From the NCBI RefSeq assembly GCF_048593235.1, contig NC_133620.1:168518852-168582851 (forward strand): DNA of 64,000 bases, in the 5' to 3' direction. This DNA is from Sminthopsis crassicaudata (Eukaryota). The position numbers and the translations under genes are program-made. The number at the start of each line of letters is the position of its first letter. Position 1 is the stretch's first letter. The notes beneath the pieces were generated by a model. It was not told where the DNA came from, did no database searches, and worked only from the letters and a program-made list of their open reading frames with translations. Of the stretch, positions 35,977 through 50,039 are shown in pieces.

Positions 35977-38900
35977 CTAGAAATACAAGAGAAAATAACA
36001 TATTTCAGAGAACAAAAAATAGGAGAGTTACTGTCTACATTAACAACTCATATTTTGATTTTTCAAGTAGATATTAATGCCTGATATGCTACAAGAATCT
36101 GAAAGTATTTTCCTCTATTATGTAGCCTCAAAGCAAAGTATTTAAAAAGGTAAGGAAGTCATATGTGCAAGTCTTAAGCAGGGAGATCTTAAAAAGTAAT
36201 TTAATTTAAACAGTTAAAAAGTAATTTAAATTAAATCTTAATTATACTATTCACTTGGCTTTATTTGGGAAAAAATGAGTATCTCAAAACAGTTTAAGTA
36301 ATAATTGGGTCCACAGGATAACAATCACTGATGCAATCAACATTTTATTTTTTGATACTGATCTGAAAAGCATGCATGAATAATTGAAGAATGAGGCTTG
36401 TCCCAGGTACCAAAAGGAAGAATCCCTTCTAATAATGGATTAATAGCTTATGTGGTCACCAGTTGTAAAAAACAGGAGATAACTGTGGGTGGTGATGAAA
36501 CCTAATCTGCCAAGCAGCTGGCTAAAAGCTCTTCCCTTTTGTTGGATTTTGGTTTTATTGATCTGTTTAGTTATTAAGGGTGACTCTTTTATTTTTTTCT
36601 TCTTTGCCCCCTTCACTACCAGGAACTACAATGAAAGGAATTACTTGACTTATTCTTTAGCAAAAATAGTTTAAAAAGACATATGCAGTTTCTAACTTAA
36701 AACAAGTTGTGTTTCTAAAATTCCTCTACAACTCTAACAATCTCTAACAAACTCTTAACAACTTCTACAATCTGTAACATAAAAGGCATTTTCCTATAAA
36801 AATGCTTCAAGTCTCAATGAATACATGGGAAAATAAATTCAAATGTTAGGATTAGATCTTCCACCACTAAAGAGAAAGTAAAACCTCTTCCTTTGGGGCA
36901 CAGGGAAAGGAGAGGAAGAAATGTTAATGGGTGGAAGTACAAGAAAAAAGCATGAATTTATTTTTTATATACACAGAAGGAAAAGAATTCAGAAAGGGAC
37001 ACTGACAAACATGGAAATTTTAGTTCTTCTTTGTTAAATTAATACTTTAAAAACTAAGCAAACTCTATAGCTTCATAACGCACAGTATCTAGAACATAAT
37101 AAGACTATATAAATCTTAGCTATTATAAAACAATATTTTGTCCCTCTTTATACACTGAAATGTTTCTTTGATGCTTCAGTTCAAATTTTTTTTTTAATTT
37201 TAAAAGAAAGAATGAGATGTCCTTATCTCCTAAGTCATCAGTATTGCTGCCTCAGTTAAAAAGAAAAAAAAAAAGAAAGAAAAGTGAGTGATCTCAGAAA
37301 GAAAGCTGTCAATAGGTGAAAATTTTTACATCAAATCTCTGATATCTAGTATATAAAGGAATCTAAAACAATATGAATGAATATATGAATGCACAAATGC
37401 AAAAGGCATTTACCAATGGCCTATTATGTGCAAAACATTTTGCTAAAAGGAAGTACAAAGAGGAAAGACAGTCCCTGCTCTCAAAGACCTTACATTCTAA
37501 TGGAAAAGACAACACATATAAAAAGTTTTAAATTTAAGTCAGATGGAAAAGTCTCACAGTCCTTACAGGAAACAGCAGAGAAACAATATGTCTTCTTTAA
37601 TGTCATTCCTACTAATAAGATTTCATCAGTTATGATATTTGGCTGATATGAACTTTTTTGGTAGATCTTTATTAGTTGGGGTATATTTGGGTGGTAACTT
37701 TCTTTTCTAGGTTTTCACTAGCTGCAGCTGCATATAGCACCCACTAAAAAGAATTTGCCTGGCTGCATCTTCACAGGAGTTGATTTCCAAGATATATGGC
37801 TGAGGGCATCAGACTAGAAATGTTATTCCCCAAGTTCTTGGATTCAGAAATCATGACTATCTTCACTGAAGTCTAAGAGGAGACAATGGTCAAATATTTC
37901 CTGAAATATCCTATCTTTTGTCTCTTTCTGGATACTTTGTAGGTAAGCTTGCTTGTCTGCTCTGTATGTGGCATGGCTGACTCTTTCTCCCCTAGAATTA
38001 TTTCCTAGAAAATGGCACTATCAGTGGTCTGGTGAGTGTTACTATTCCTAAGGCTCTTATATACATCAATATGAAAGATCAAAACCCATTCCTAAATGAT
38101 TATGTGGTCAAAGGATAATCGCACTGCCCTCAAATGAAGAACTACAAAACTGTTAACAACTACATTAATGACTATTCCAAATATCAATAGAATTCAAACC
38201 AAGATAATTTTGACGTTTACTTTATATTCATCAAATTAGCAAAGAAAATAAGAAGTAGAGGAGTTATAGAAAGAAGTAAACTAATGCAAATACATTTTCT
38301 TCTGTGGTAGCAAATATGTGCATGTTTGACATTATAGGTTTATTTCTGCAAAATGATTCAAAATCATAATGATTCATGCAAAGATTTCAGTGTGAAAATT
38401 ATTCATCAAACTCTGATTGCTTTTAAGTCCAATATTTTCTTGAAGTTTCTCAAAATGTAATAAATTGTTTCCAAACTACCATAAAGATTCAACATTCAAG
38501 CACAAACCACTTCCCAATAGAGAATCAGATACATACTTAAGTACAGTCATTTATGTTGTTCACAACAATGGAGTAACTTCATTTCTTTTGTTACTTTGTA
38601 GCTACACCAAATCATATGTATAATCACAGATGTGATTAAGATATTATGAATGTTTCTGTGCAAATGTCAGAATATCTAAAATTCCTGATCACTGAGTGTG
38701 TAAGTACAAGCCATCTTGAAGTCACCACAGATCATCACAAATGTCTGACAGAAAAAGGTTTTATACTACCATTAACAAAATATGTGGAAATGCTTGTCTT
38801 ATTCCATAATTTTAAAAAATAGGAAACAAAATGAAAAAAACATGTTTTCTATCAGAATTATTTTCCACTTCTTACTATTCTAACATCTGACAGATTTTTC

Positions 38901-40159
38901 AAATGAACTGACTGGCAATGCTGGTCAATGGTTTCTATGAAACTATAGCTAGTTTACCAGTGGGTAGAAAAGAAAAAAAAAATCACATTTAAACAGTTCT
39001 TTTCCCTTATATAATTTAGTCTATAGATAAATAGTGTTTAAAATAATAAAGTAATAAATGCCATATGAAACTGAACATTTACTATTTAATACACAATCAT
39101 AAGTCAAGAGAAAAGTAAATATTTTATACTTTAATTAACTTCATTTTTATCAGGGGGTAAGATGTATAAAACTGACAAATGAATTTTTGTTTGTCAGCAG
39201 AAGAGTTTGTAAAATTTTCCTACCATTTTCCACTATATTTATGTGAATTAATACTTTTATTTTATTTTTTTAAAATCAAAATGCAGAAATAAACATAATG
39301 AAGAACCAGACTTAAGATTATGTCTGTCTAATGTTGAGCTACATACTGCATACCTTCATTAAAATAAAATAAAAAAAAAAAACTAACAACAAAATTAAGT
39401 TTATCTTCCAGGTTGCAATTTATTTTACTAAAAATGTGTACTCAACTAAATCTTATAGATAATAATAAGCATGTAATATTTTGATGGATTGTCTAAAAAT
39501 TGTTTCATTTAAAATAATAATTATTTTAAAACTAGTTTTATCATTTCATATTTTTCAAAATTATAGATAGAATAAAACTTTATGTTTATAATTATATAAT
39601 ATGCATTTTAATTTGACTTTTTTAGAAAAAGTTATCACTAGATATAATCATGGAAACAAATCTAAAAGAATATTATTAGTTATATGAAATTACTCAGGAG
39701 GTTTACAACATATTCTTTTTGGTTGAAAAGGGCTAATAAACAAAAGCAATGAGGAATAATTGTTCTATAGCCCTAATAATGAAAAGGAAGACAAATTAAA
39801 ACAATTCTGAGGGGTTACCTCACACTATAAGATGGTAAAGTTGACCAAACAAGTTAAATGACAAATACTGGGAAGGCTATGAGAAAACAGATATGTTGCT
39901 GTACTATCAGTGAAGCTGGATATGAAGGAAGAATTAATGGACTTTATTGGAAATGTGAAGTGAGAGAACCAAAGATAAAATTGTTGCAGGGGATATCAGA
40001 TAAATTATGTAATTACAGACAGAAATAGGGAAGACAAAAGGAAAAATAAGGTAAATTAAGGATTAGCTTGATAATTAAGATTGAGATAGTGGAGATAGTT
40101 AGAATTGTCCTGTAGACAGGCAGACAGAATAATTGTCCTGTAGGCAGGCAGTCACTTAT

Positions 40160-40560
40160 TATGTCAGTCAATAAACATTTATTAGGTACTTACTACTCTC
40201 TAAGGATACAAAGAAAGGCAAAAGACAACCTCCCTGCCCTTGAAGAGCTCACAATCTAAAGGGGAGACAACATGCAAACAACTAGGTACGCACAAATCAT
40301 ATATAGAATAAACTGGAGATAATCAATGAAGGGAAGGAATTAGGATTAAGGAGGATTCAGAAATGGTTCTTGTAAAAGGTAGGATGTTTGTTAACTGCAA
40401 CTTAAAAGGAAACCAAGCAACAGAGGTGAGAAAGAAGAGAATTCTGGGCATGAGGGACAGCCAATGAAAATTCCTGGAGTTGGAAGTCTTGTGCAAGGAA
40501 GAACAAAACAGCCAGTGTCACTGGAGTGTAGGGGGTAGGAAGTGGACTGAAAGATAAGAT
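40160..40560 (-). mobile_element. L2 3' end fragment
   Basis: gtcagtcaataaacatttattaggtac...ccctgcccttgaagagctcacaatctaa, the typical antisense L2 end. Confidence 0.7.
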
Positions 40561-42594
40561 ATAATTCACAAGGGTAAAGAATAAAGAATGTCTGTGACAA
40601 TGAGTTGAAACCAGAATTTTAAAAACTGAATAGAGCTAGACTACCTTTGGGAAATTACAATTTCATAATCATAATTTTCTCCATGAAACAAAGAATCATC
40701 TTGCAAATAACTTTTTAAAATATTAGTATTCATCAGGCCATTCTCCTGCAATCCAGTTTCCTCCACCAACCTAGCATGCCAAGCTCTACCTTAGCTTCAG
40801 AATGGTAAAATTTCACTATATACAGCTAGGCCTGAGGCTACTGTGGTGCTACTCCCAGGTGACATCCATTTTTTTTTAATCTATACTACCTATATACTTT
40901 TCCACCTCTAACTCTGGGAACTGTAATCAAATAAAACTACTATTTCTGTATATTTCTTATAACTACTTTTTCTACTTACAGAACTACTTATAACTATATT
41001 TCTTATAACTACATCTCAGGGACTTCTCTGATTAAATTAAATATTCCTTCAGAGCCACTGTTATGTCATGTTTTGTAAGCTTCTGACTCCTCACTGTTTC
41101 CCCAATTCTAGCATATTGGTATCTAATAAATCATCATTCATTCTGGTACTATAGTCAGGAATAGATGGAATAGCTTTTGAAGAAAGAGATTATTCTGGAA
41201 AAGGCTAACTGAAAATCACCCAAAGGACAATGGGGAGATGCAAAGTAGACACAGATAGCCTGCAATTTGTTAATGACAGAATTAAAAGGAAAAGCAAAGA
41301 AAAGAATGTCACTAAAAAACAGGAGCAAAAAGATGGACTAGTTACATGGAGAAGGAGAATCACTGGACTAAATGGTATTTTAGTGATGTCAAGTGGATAA
41401 GCAGAAAACTCTCAGCACTTTGCTTCTAGTGAATTAATGAAGGATATTGATAAGAATTGAAGGTGAAGGATAGCCATGAACTAGATGCTATCTTCAACAT
41501 TGTACATAACATGGAAATCAAAGATTCATTTGAGCACTGAATATTGGAATGTGCTTCAAACTGACTAATACAGCTGAAAATACAATTTAAAAGAGCTGAA
41601 AGAATGAATTTAATTTGTGATTGGGACAAATAAATTACTCAATGCTACTGCTACCCAATTTTTTTTTTTTTTACTATAAAACACCTGCCATTGGAATGGT
41701 TATGCTTCAAAACCAAATAAATGAGAAAAATATATAACTGTTAGGAAATTTAGTTATTCTAAAGTGTCATGGATTAAAATATTTCATTTTGCTTTTAAAA
41801 AGCAACTAGTGAGCTTGCTTGGGACAGAGAAAATGTAATCCTAATGATGAAGTTACTGTCTCTAACAGGAATTCATTCTTATATTTTTAGGACTGAAGTA
41901 ATTATTTCTGATCTAAAGTATGAGATTATAAACTATTACTCTAGGAGTCACAAACCTTAATATTTTAATAAATTATCCATGGAAGTTTCTTATTTCCTCC
42001 TCCCATACCTGGCAAACATAAACTACATTAAAAACAAACACTATTTAGGTAGGGAAAATTATTTATATTTTAGATCACTTTTCAATTTGGCTGCTTAAAA
42101 GTAACTAATGTTAACTTACATGAATAGACAAATACTCCTTCCAACATATTTGATTGATAAGCTGGAAATTTGGGGGCTCTAGAGATTAAAAAGATCTTCA
42201 TGCTGTAAATGAAATCCTTGCTCTTTGAAAATCAAAAAATGTATCTTTAATTACACCATTCAAAGTAAATCTATTATAAATTAATCTTAATTCTTAAACA
42301 ATAGCTGTACCTTAGAAGTCAATACTCTATTTTACTAGCGTTTCTATGTTCTCATCTGACTCTGTTTAAGAAGATTCATTATAATTGACTTCATGTCTTA
42401 GAATGTCAAGAGATCTGAATGAACAACATAAAAGTTCTGAAAATGTAAAATGACACTGCTCTTGCTATTACATAATACTTTGTTAAAAAATGGAATTCTT
42501 GTCAGGAAGCTACAATAATGATTCCAGATTATGGAAAAATGAAACGATTTCATTTTCCTCAAAGAAAAATATAGAAAGCCAGGGGACATAAAAC

Positions 42595-42780
42595 NNNNNN
42601 NNNNNNNNNNNNNNNNNNNNNNNNNNNNNNNNNNNNNNNNNNNNNNNNNNNNNNNNNNNNNNNNNNNNNNNNNNNNNNNNNNNNNNNNNNNNNNNNNNNN
42701 NNNNNNNNNNNNNNNNNNNNNNNNNNNNNNNNNNNNNNNNNNNNNNNNNNNNNNNNNNNNNNNNNNNNNNNNNNNNNNNN
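42595..42780. other. Assembly gap (186 N)
   Basis: Run of N. Confidence 0.99.
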
Positions 42781-43260
42781 TATTTTAACTAACAACATTA
42801 GGAGGAAACTTCCAGTGGATTACAACTAATTTGAATCACAGTCAAGAAAACTCAACTGCATCATTTTTCCCCTAAATATTTTTTGTTGTTCACAACATCA
42901 TAGATTTAGAGATATGGAGAGACATGTGTATCACTTAGTCCAACCCAGTTACCCTGAGTTCCAGAGAAAGCATATTAATTTGACCAAGGCCATATGGGTA
43001 GTAATAGCACAATGAGGTGGCCCAAGTGTTCAACATTTATTATCACACCAGATGTAAAGATATTAAAATATCAAGTTTTATTATATAAACCAAAACGAAA
43101 GGAAGAATAGTAAACCTCATATGATCCTGAAGTTTGTGCATTCTTATGATAAGAAAAATTAAAATATATGGTATCATAACAAAGTTACATGCCACTTGGT
43201 AATGCTTTTACTCTGAAAAACTTGCTACTAAATAGCAAACTCATACTAAGAAAAACTTAC

Positions 43261-43371
43261 TTTTATTCTGTACTCATCAGTATCTGCAACGGTTGCTACT
43301 CTGATAAACACAGGATTTCTTTTATCTACAATCTCAAATTTCATTTTTTTCTGGAATCCATGTGCTGGTTT
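43261..43371 (-). CDS. L3MBTL3: L3MBTL3 exon (KPAHGFQKKMKFEIVDKRNPVFIRVATVADTDEYRIK), MBT3
   Basis: ttatttcag|AAA acceptor and AAA|gtaagt donor; 111 nt, phase 0 to 0. Confidence 0.97.
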
Positions 43372-46300
43372 CTGAAATAACAAAAGATGATTTTTTAGTG
43401 AAATGTTTAAAAAGCAATTAAATTAAGTACACATTTTATGCCAGAAATCTAATTTAAAAATTTTTTTTAAACCTAATTAGCACAGAGAAGAGAATTAATC
43501 AGAATAGGAGAAAATCATATTCAATTCATGAAGTTAAATGCTTAATTTGTAGAAAAGTCCACAGGAACTCCAAATTATCTGTGAATGATTCATTTTGACG
43601 CAAAACTGGCTAAACTGTGAACCAGAGGCAAGACATAGCAAAAGGGGCTTCAGTTCTCTTGACTAGGGGGGCATCTCATTATGGCATCCAAACTCCTAGA
43701 AAAAGCTATCTATACCTGAAAGAAGCTGAGAGCTTCTATAAACCAAAGCATGCAGAGGATCTTTTGTACATATGTAAGAACTAGAAGAAAAACTGGAGAA
43801 ACCGCTACCTGTGGCATGCGTTATTAGTCCTTGAAAGCAGCAATGAAGCACATTAAAATAAGGGGAGAATCTCCACAGTATTCACATTGCTCACTCCATA
43901 CTCCATGAACAAACAATCCAGGGGTTACAAAATAATGGTTAGTAAGCTGACGCTCACTCTGATCCATCTATTTGGGCTTATTTTTGTTAGTTAAAAATAG
44001 ATGTTTAAATGGTACTGACAAATCAAATGACACTGGGGAAAAAGTAAAGAAAATACTTTTCTATTAAGCAAGAAGGCCACTATGAAAAAGACTGCTTTAA
44101 CACTTGATTTGCAAACTAGCTTTACAAAAATAGCTATCAAAATATACTTCTCAGGAAATCAGGCAGCTGATCATTTCATTTCACTTTTAGGAGCAAAAGA
44201 TCCAAAAGGAAGATGTTATCAAGGTATTTTTTCTCAAGAAAGCAAGTTCTAAAATATCTCAAGTAAGGATCCACTCAATGCTGTATCTTATACTACTTCC
44301 AGTTATGTGTACCTGTATTATAAATATTTCATACCAATGGATACTTATTACATCCCATCAGATTGTCATCAATAGAAACAATAAATTTTTCAATAATCTT
44401 TTTTTTTGCTGTTTAATACATTATGTTTAAAAATGTTCAGGGGTACCTAATGGGCTAACCTGACCATCAGCTATCTAGAAAACTCTGCTACCCATAATAA
44501 TTTATTCCCTGAGGAATAACACCTCTTGTTCTATGTACCACTTATGTAAAGATCAGAATTTTAATGTTTAAATTTTAATTCATATTTTCTTTAAAGCTAA
44601 GAAATAAAGTCAGTAAAAGAAAAAAAAAAAGGATTTAAACTCTTAAAATACCTGTCATAAAATTAACTATGTAACTTTTACACTTCAATCCATAGAATTT
44701 GTTGTTAACTTAATTTCATAAATAATTCTAACAAGTCATCTGATTTCTCGGACCTTTGCAGAGTATCAAATTAAAAGTTCGCACATGGAAAATAAAAATC
44801 ATAGCTGAAATTAACACTGAAGGAAGCGGAAAAATTATTGCTATTGTATACAATTAATGGATGATTACAAATCTGAGTAGCTAATATACGTTTAAATTAT
44901 ATCCATCATATTTTAATGTTTAAGAAAGTAAAGATATATAATATACATATGGAAGTTTTCCATCATTTAAAAAAATTAACATTTCAAAGGATAAGCATCA
45001 TTTGGAAAATATATTCCTGTGGAACACTTGCTTCATTGACAATGCTAAATAAATGGTGGGTTATTCTACAAATTCTTCTTCATCTGGAACTCACAACTGA
45101 TAGGAGAAGTTTCATCTTATATTGTACAGGTTCACACATATAATTAAAAATGACATTCCTTTGGAAACATTTCCTTTTTACCAAATAAGGTATCTTTTCC
45201 CTTTATTTCTCTCCCTCAGAGTTTGAGATAATTAATTACCATGGAATAATTTTTTTAAAAAAAATTTAATATCCTAGCAACTATAAAACTATGCCAAAGA
45301 AAAAAATTTTACCATTTCCTGTAGACTAACTAGCCATATTAAAAAAATATACAAATGCTTTTAACGGATCTTTCTCTTTCTTTTTCCTTTAAACTCTTAG
45401 AAAAAATAAGGACTTTGGTCTTCCAAATGTCAAAGCAAATGTTTGTGGTGAGAGGAAAAATCAGTGGTACAGAATTTCTGTATTTTCTCACTTTATGTTT
45501 GCTTCCAATCCTAACAGAAAAGAAGCATAGATGTTATGCCTTCATCATCCTTCATATCATTAAGACAGATGCTAGAAATATGCCATAATAAATATTCTGC
45601 TGCATTTAACTCAATGAACATACTGGATCAAAAGCATTAAAACAATCAAGTATAGCTTAACTTGCCACATGACATTTTTATAGAAAATACAGAAAAATAG
45701 CACTGACCAAACAAAAGTCTCTTTTTCTCTCATACTATACTGAAAAGGTTCTTGGAAAGTCTAGTTAGAAAAATATAGCTAATGACAATACCATGTACAT
45801 TTACTGTAGTCTGCTTTTAATGCCTTTATGAAAAACAACAGAATTAAAGTTAAATATGCTATCTTTTGTACTTCATATATAAAGCATATAGGCGTATAAC
45901 AGATCAAACTTGGTAAATGAACCCTTTCATTAAAAAAAGATCACTTGCTGGCTATCAATGTACAGTTAAAATTGCATTGAACTTTTTTCTTACACTTTAA
46001 AAAACAATCATATCCTACTCTGGAAGATATGATTTTTTTAGGTTAACTTTAAAACATAAGAGTTTTCTTTTTAATACCATGATTATGTTTTGCTTCTATT
46101 CTCTACCTCCTTCTATTTTGGCTTCTCTAGCATGATCTATTTTGCTTCTTGATTTCACTATATGAATCTCTGATCTGGAACTAAAATATAATATTAAAAA
46201 TAGCTTAAGGAATTTGTTTTGCCTAACTACATATATTTGTAATAGATTCTGCTATTCTTGCCTTTTTAATGGTTAAGGAAAGAAAAAGATAAAGAAAGAA

Positions 46301-46558
46301 AATTTGGAACTGAAAATAAAATAAAACTGATTTTTTTCAAAAAAGTATACTAAATTTATTCATATGAATAACTCAGTAAAGATACCAAACAAAATTGTTT
46401 TGATTAATAATTTGTTCCTAAAAGTGTTTAACATGAATTGAAAAACAAAGTTTCTAAGAAAGTAATCATTTGTAAATTTCTAGAATTTATTTAGAAAAAC
46501 TAAAAATTAGTATACACTAACAAAAATTAATAGGTCACCATAAAATACAGTCACTTAC

Positions 46559-46644
46559 CACTTTAAAGGCCCTTGCAGGAGCAGGTAAAGAATTAGTTTC
46601 TTCCAAGTATTTGTCCCAGGAAAAATGCTTCACGTTTGGGTAAT
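46559..46644 (-). CDS. L3MBTL3: L3MBTL3 exon (DYPNVKHFSWDKYLEETNSLPAPARAFKV), start of MBT3
   Basis: ctccttttag|AT acceptor and GTG|gtaagt donor; 86 nt, phase 1 to 0; FSWDKYL MBT motif. Confidence 0.97.
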
Positions 46645-47319
46645 CTAAAAGGAGATTAAAAACAAAAACAAAAAAATCTATATATAAAAGCTAAATGCGA
46701 ACACAAAAATTAGTATACAAAATTACACCAAGATTATTATTAATATCATCAGAAAATATTAATATTATAGTTTCTAAAACCATTTTCACATATCTCCAAC
46801 AGCCTTTACACACTCAGGTCATCTATATAAACTAAATATTTCCTTTTGATTCTGACCACCTGATTTTCACCTTCAGGAATTTTAAGTTAAAAATTTAAAA
46901 AAAAATTGCATTATTTAATTTTTTATATACTAACCTAAATCTACATATATCTATATATTTTCTCCTCAACTCCATCTGAACATCTATGAGGCAGGGACTA
47001 TTATTCATAACCAATACAATACCCGGCCCATAGAACTAAATAGTAGATAGCACTTATTAGCCAAAGATGAGCAGACTCCTGCCCACAGTTAAAAATCTAA
47101 AAACAACAGAAAGTAAAATAACTTTGAAGTACTACTTGATAAGATCAGATTAGCTAACATAACAGCAAAGGAAAAAGAAAATGTTGGGGGGGAATGAGGA
47201 ATTAAGGAACAGCACGAACTTTGAAAAGCTGAGTGACTATAATGGTGGTAGCAACTTCAACAGAAATAGGGAAATTCAGATGAAAGGTAATTTGGGGAAA
47301 AAAGATGAATCTGGGATAC

Positions 47320-47530
47320 AGAATCATAGAATTAGAATTAGAATTAGATAGGGTCTCAGAAGTCATCAAGCACAACCTCACCATTTTACACATGAGAACA
47401 CTAAGGTACAGGGAAATTAAGAGATAACCCCAGGGTCTTAGAGCTATTAAGTATCTGAGATGGAACTTGACCTTAGGACTTCCTGACTTCGAGTCAAGCA
47501 TTCTATTCACTATGCTATCCTAGCTACCTC
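47320..47530 (-). mobile_element. MIR or MIR3 fragment
   Basis: cattttacacatgagaacactaaggtacagggaaattaagagataaccccaggg...ttcctgacttcgagtcaag. Confidence 0.65.
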
Positions 47531-48254
47531 AAACATACCTAGTGTGAGATTCTTATAGGACACCTTGTTTAAAGGGCATATAATGATGCATAAAAGTAGA
47601 TTAAATAAGAGAATAGGCTGGGATATATATATATAGACATTTGCAATACCAATGACAATTAAAACCTTGGGATTGATGAGATCACCAAGTAAGAGTGTAA
47701 AGAAAAGAGGAAAGGAAAACAGAGGAACTGAACATCTAAGGAAAGACAGGGTAGCCAGGGTAGTAGATAGGGGAAAGTAGTGAAAAGGAAAGTTGATGTG
47801 GGCTTATAACCATATCGTCACGACTGTCAAATGAGTCATAGGACATACCTCGATCCAGCTCCTAAGAGTTTTCTGGGCACTTTGCCCTCCTTAATATATG
47901 TGTCACCAATTCTACTTGCTTGCTAGTTTGTTAGATATGTGGTTGTTATAAATAAATTTCATGAGAAATGGTTCCCTGGGTAACTAAGTACCCAGGGACT
48001 CTAAATGAAATACTAAAGCAGCCAAAATTGAAGCCCCAAGAAAACAACCACTTAGTGTGACAGTGCTGAAAATGAATAGAACTACTATGCCAGAAAAAAA
48101 GCCTTGGGTCTTCAGCTTGACAGACACTGCTACTAATATTCTGCATCATGGATACGAATGACTTCATGTAGGTGAAACCTTGAGAGGCATTAAATCGAAG
48201 AGAAGTTTCTGCTCTGACAAAACTGCAATCACCATCACATGATGAACAAAAAGT

Positions 48255-48480
48255 AATAATAATAATAGCTATCACTTCTATAGCACTTTAAAGATTCACA
48301 AAATGCTTTATATATGTTATCCCATGTGATCCTCACAAAGATGCTATTATCCTTTCACAGATTAGGAAATTGAGGCTTACCTTCCCAAGATCATATGGAT
48401 AATTAAAAGCCTGAGACACAATTTGAAATCAAGTGAAATCTTCCTGATACCAAGGCCTGCTAGCACTCTCTCCTAACACC
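48255..48480 (-). mobile_element. MIR fragment
   Basis: aatagctatcacttctatagcactttaaagattcacaaaatgctttatatatgttatcccatgtgatcctcac...ttaggaaattgaggct. Confidence 0.7.
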
Positions 48481-50039
48481 AAGTAATATATATCATTTAC
48501 ATGCACAGTCAACTTTTTTCCAGTATTATATTGTGAATTCCTGTGAAGATTGGTTTTTGCCTTTCTTTGTATCCCCACCATTTAACACAGTCCCTGGAGC
48601 ATTGTTGGTATTTAATAAATGCTTGCTGCCTTGACTTCTATAGAAAAGAAGTATGTGCTTAATAAATATACTGTTATTAACAATAATGGAGATCATGATA
48701 ATGAAGGAATGGAGGACATTCGTCAGCATGGGACAACAATAAGAGGGCAGCAAAAGTTATCCATTATATGTGTTTAAAAACCTTAGGGGAAAGGAGAATC
48801 TCTCTATCTGCAGTTATTCAGTACAAGAACTTGTTCTGATTGGTATATAAGGGACATTCAAGTGGCAGAAGGATATATAGTCTGTTGTGGATAAACAATC
48901 AAATGAGAGGAAAAAGATGTTTGACCATAGATCCTGTTACTGACATGATAAGACAGTGTCAGTAAAAGATGGTGAAACATGTATTTACACTATATACAGT
49001 TTATTAGAACTGGAAGAAGTATTAGATGTTATCTAAACCAACTCCCATCCCTAATTTTACAAGAGAGGAAATCAAGAACCTAATTTCCAAAACCATGGAG
49101 ACCTGAGTTCTATACTCTATGTAAAGGCAAGGATGACATTTAGCTAAACTTATTATATCTTCCATGAAAAAAAAACAACAATCTTTAAAGTACACACTTT
49201 GTAATAAATGTTTACTAAATAAAATCTAATGAGATTAAGTGATTTGCCCAAGTTTGCCTGAATCATAGTCCAAAGTCCAATTGCCCTTCCTAGACATCAC
49301 ACTATCCCTATCTCCTTAGCTTCTAAAATTAATTTAAAATAAATTTTATTGTACTGATTCTTTTAAAAACAATTATTGAAATTATTTTATACACTATATT
49401 TCTGAATATATCCCTTCCCTAAACCATACCAAATGAGTTATCCCCTATAATAAAAAAAAAAATTAAAAGGAGGGGTGACAGAAGTTCAACAGAACTAATA
49501 GAGCAAGCAATTGAGTCTTTTAGAGTATGAAATATTTCATATCCAGAGTTCTCCACCTTTACAAAGATGGAAATGAACTATATTTTCTCATGTTTTCCCC
49601 AGGCTCAAATCTGATCATTATAATGGCACAGTACTTAATTTCATTTTTAAAATTTTATTTTAATAACATTTTTTGTAGTCATTGTATATACTGTTTATGA
49701 CAGTGTCCCCTGAAAAAATATTCCTATGCTTTTCTGAATTCTTTGTATTAATTATTTCTTATAGTAAAGTAATATTTCATTACATTCACCAAGTTTTGAT
49801 CAGCCATTTCCAAATTATAGGCATTTAGTTGGTTTTCAAATCTTTGTTACAAGATCGTACTGTAAATAGTGTACATATTTTTTACCTTTCCAGTTCTTTA
49901 TTCATTATGCCATACTGTTTCAGATATTTATATTAGTTATCTATTTATCTTAGATATTATATCCTTATCAGAAATTTGTGATATAAAATTTACCCAATAG
50001 CCAGTTTCTTTTCTTAATTCAGCTACATTGATTTTACTT

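Noticed and set aside
35818-36084. Plus-strand ORFs of 88 and 61 aa
   Set aside because: Antisense shadow of the 35862-35976 exon.
40100-40150. Near-direct repeat aattgtcctgtag(a/g)caggcag, twice
   Set aside because: A local duplication at the edge of an L2 insertion; too short and imperfect to suggest function.
42595-42780. Assembly gap possibly hiding an L3MBTL3 exon
   Set aside because: The flanking exons (43261 end, phase 0; 35976 start, phase 0) join to give continuous MBT3 sequence (...YRIK|VHFDGW...), so nothing canonical is missing.
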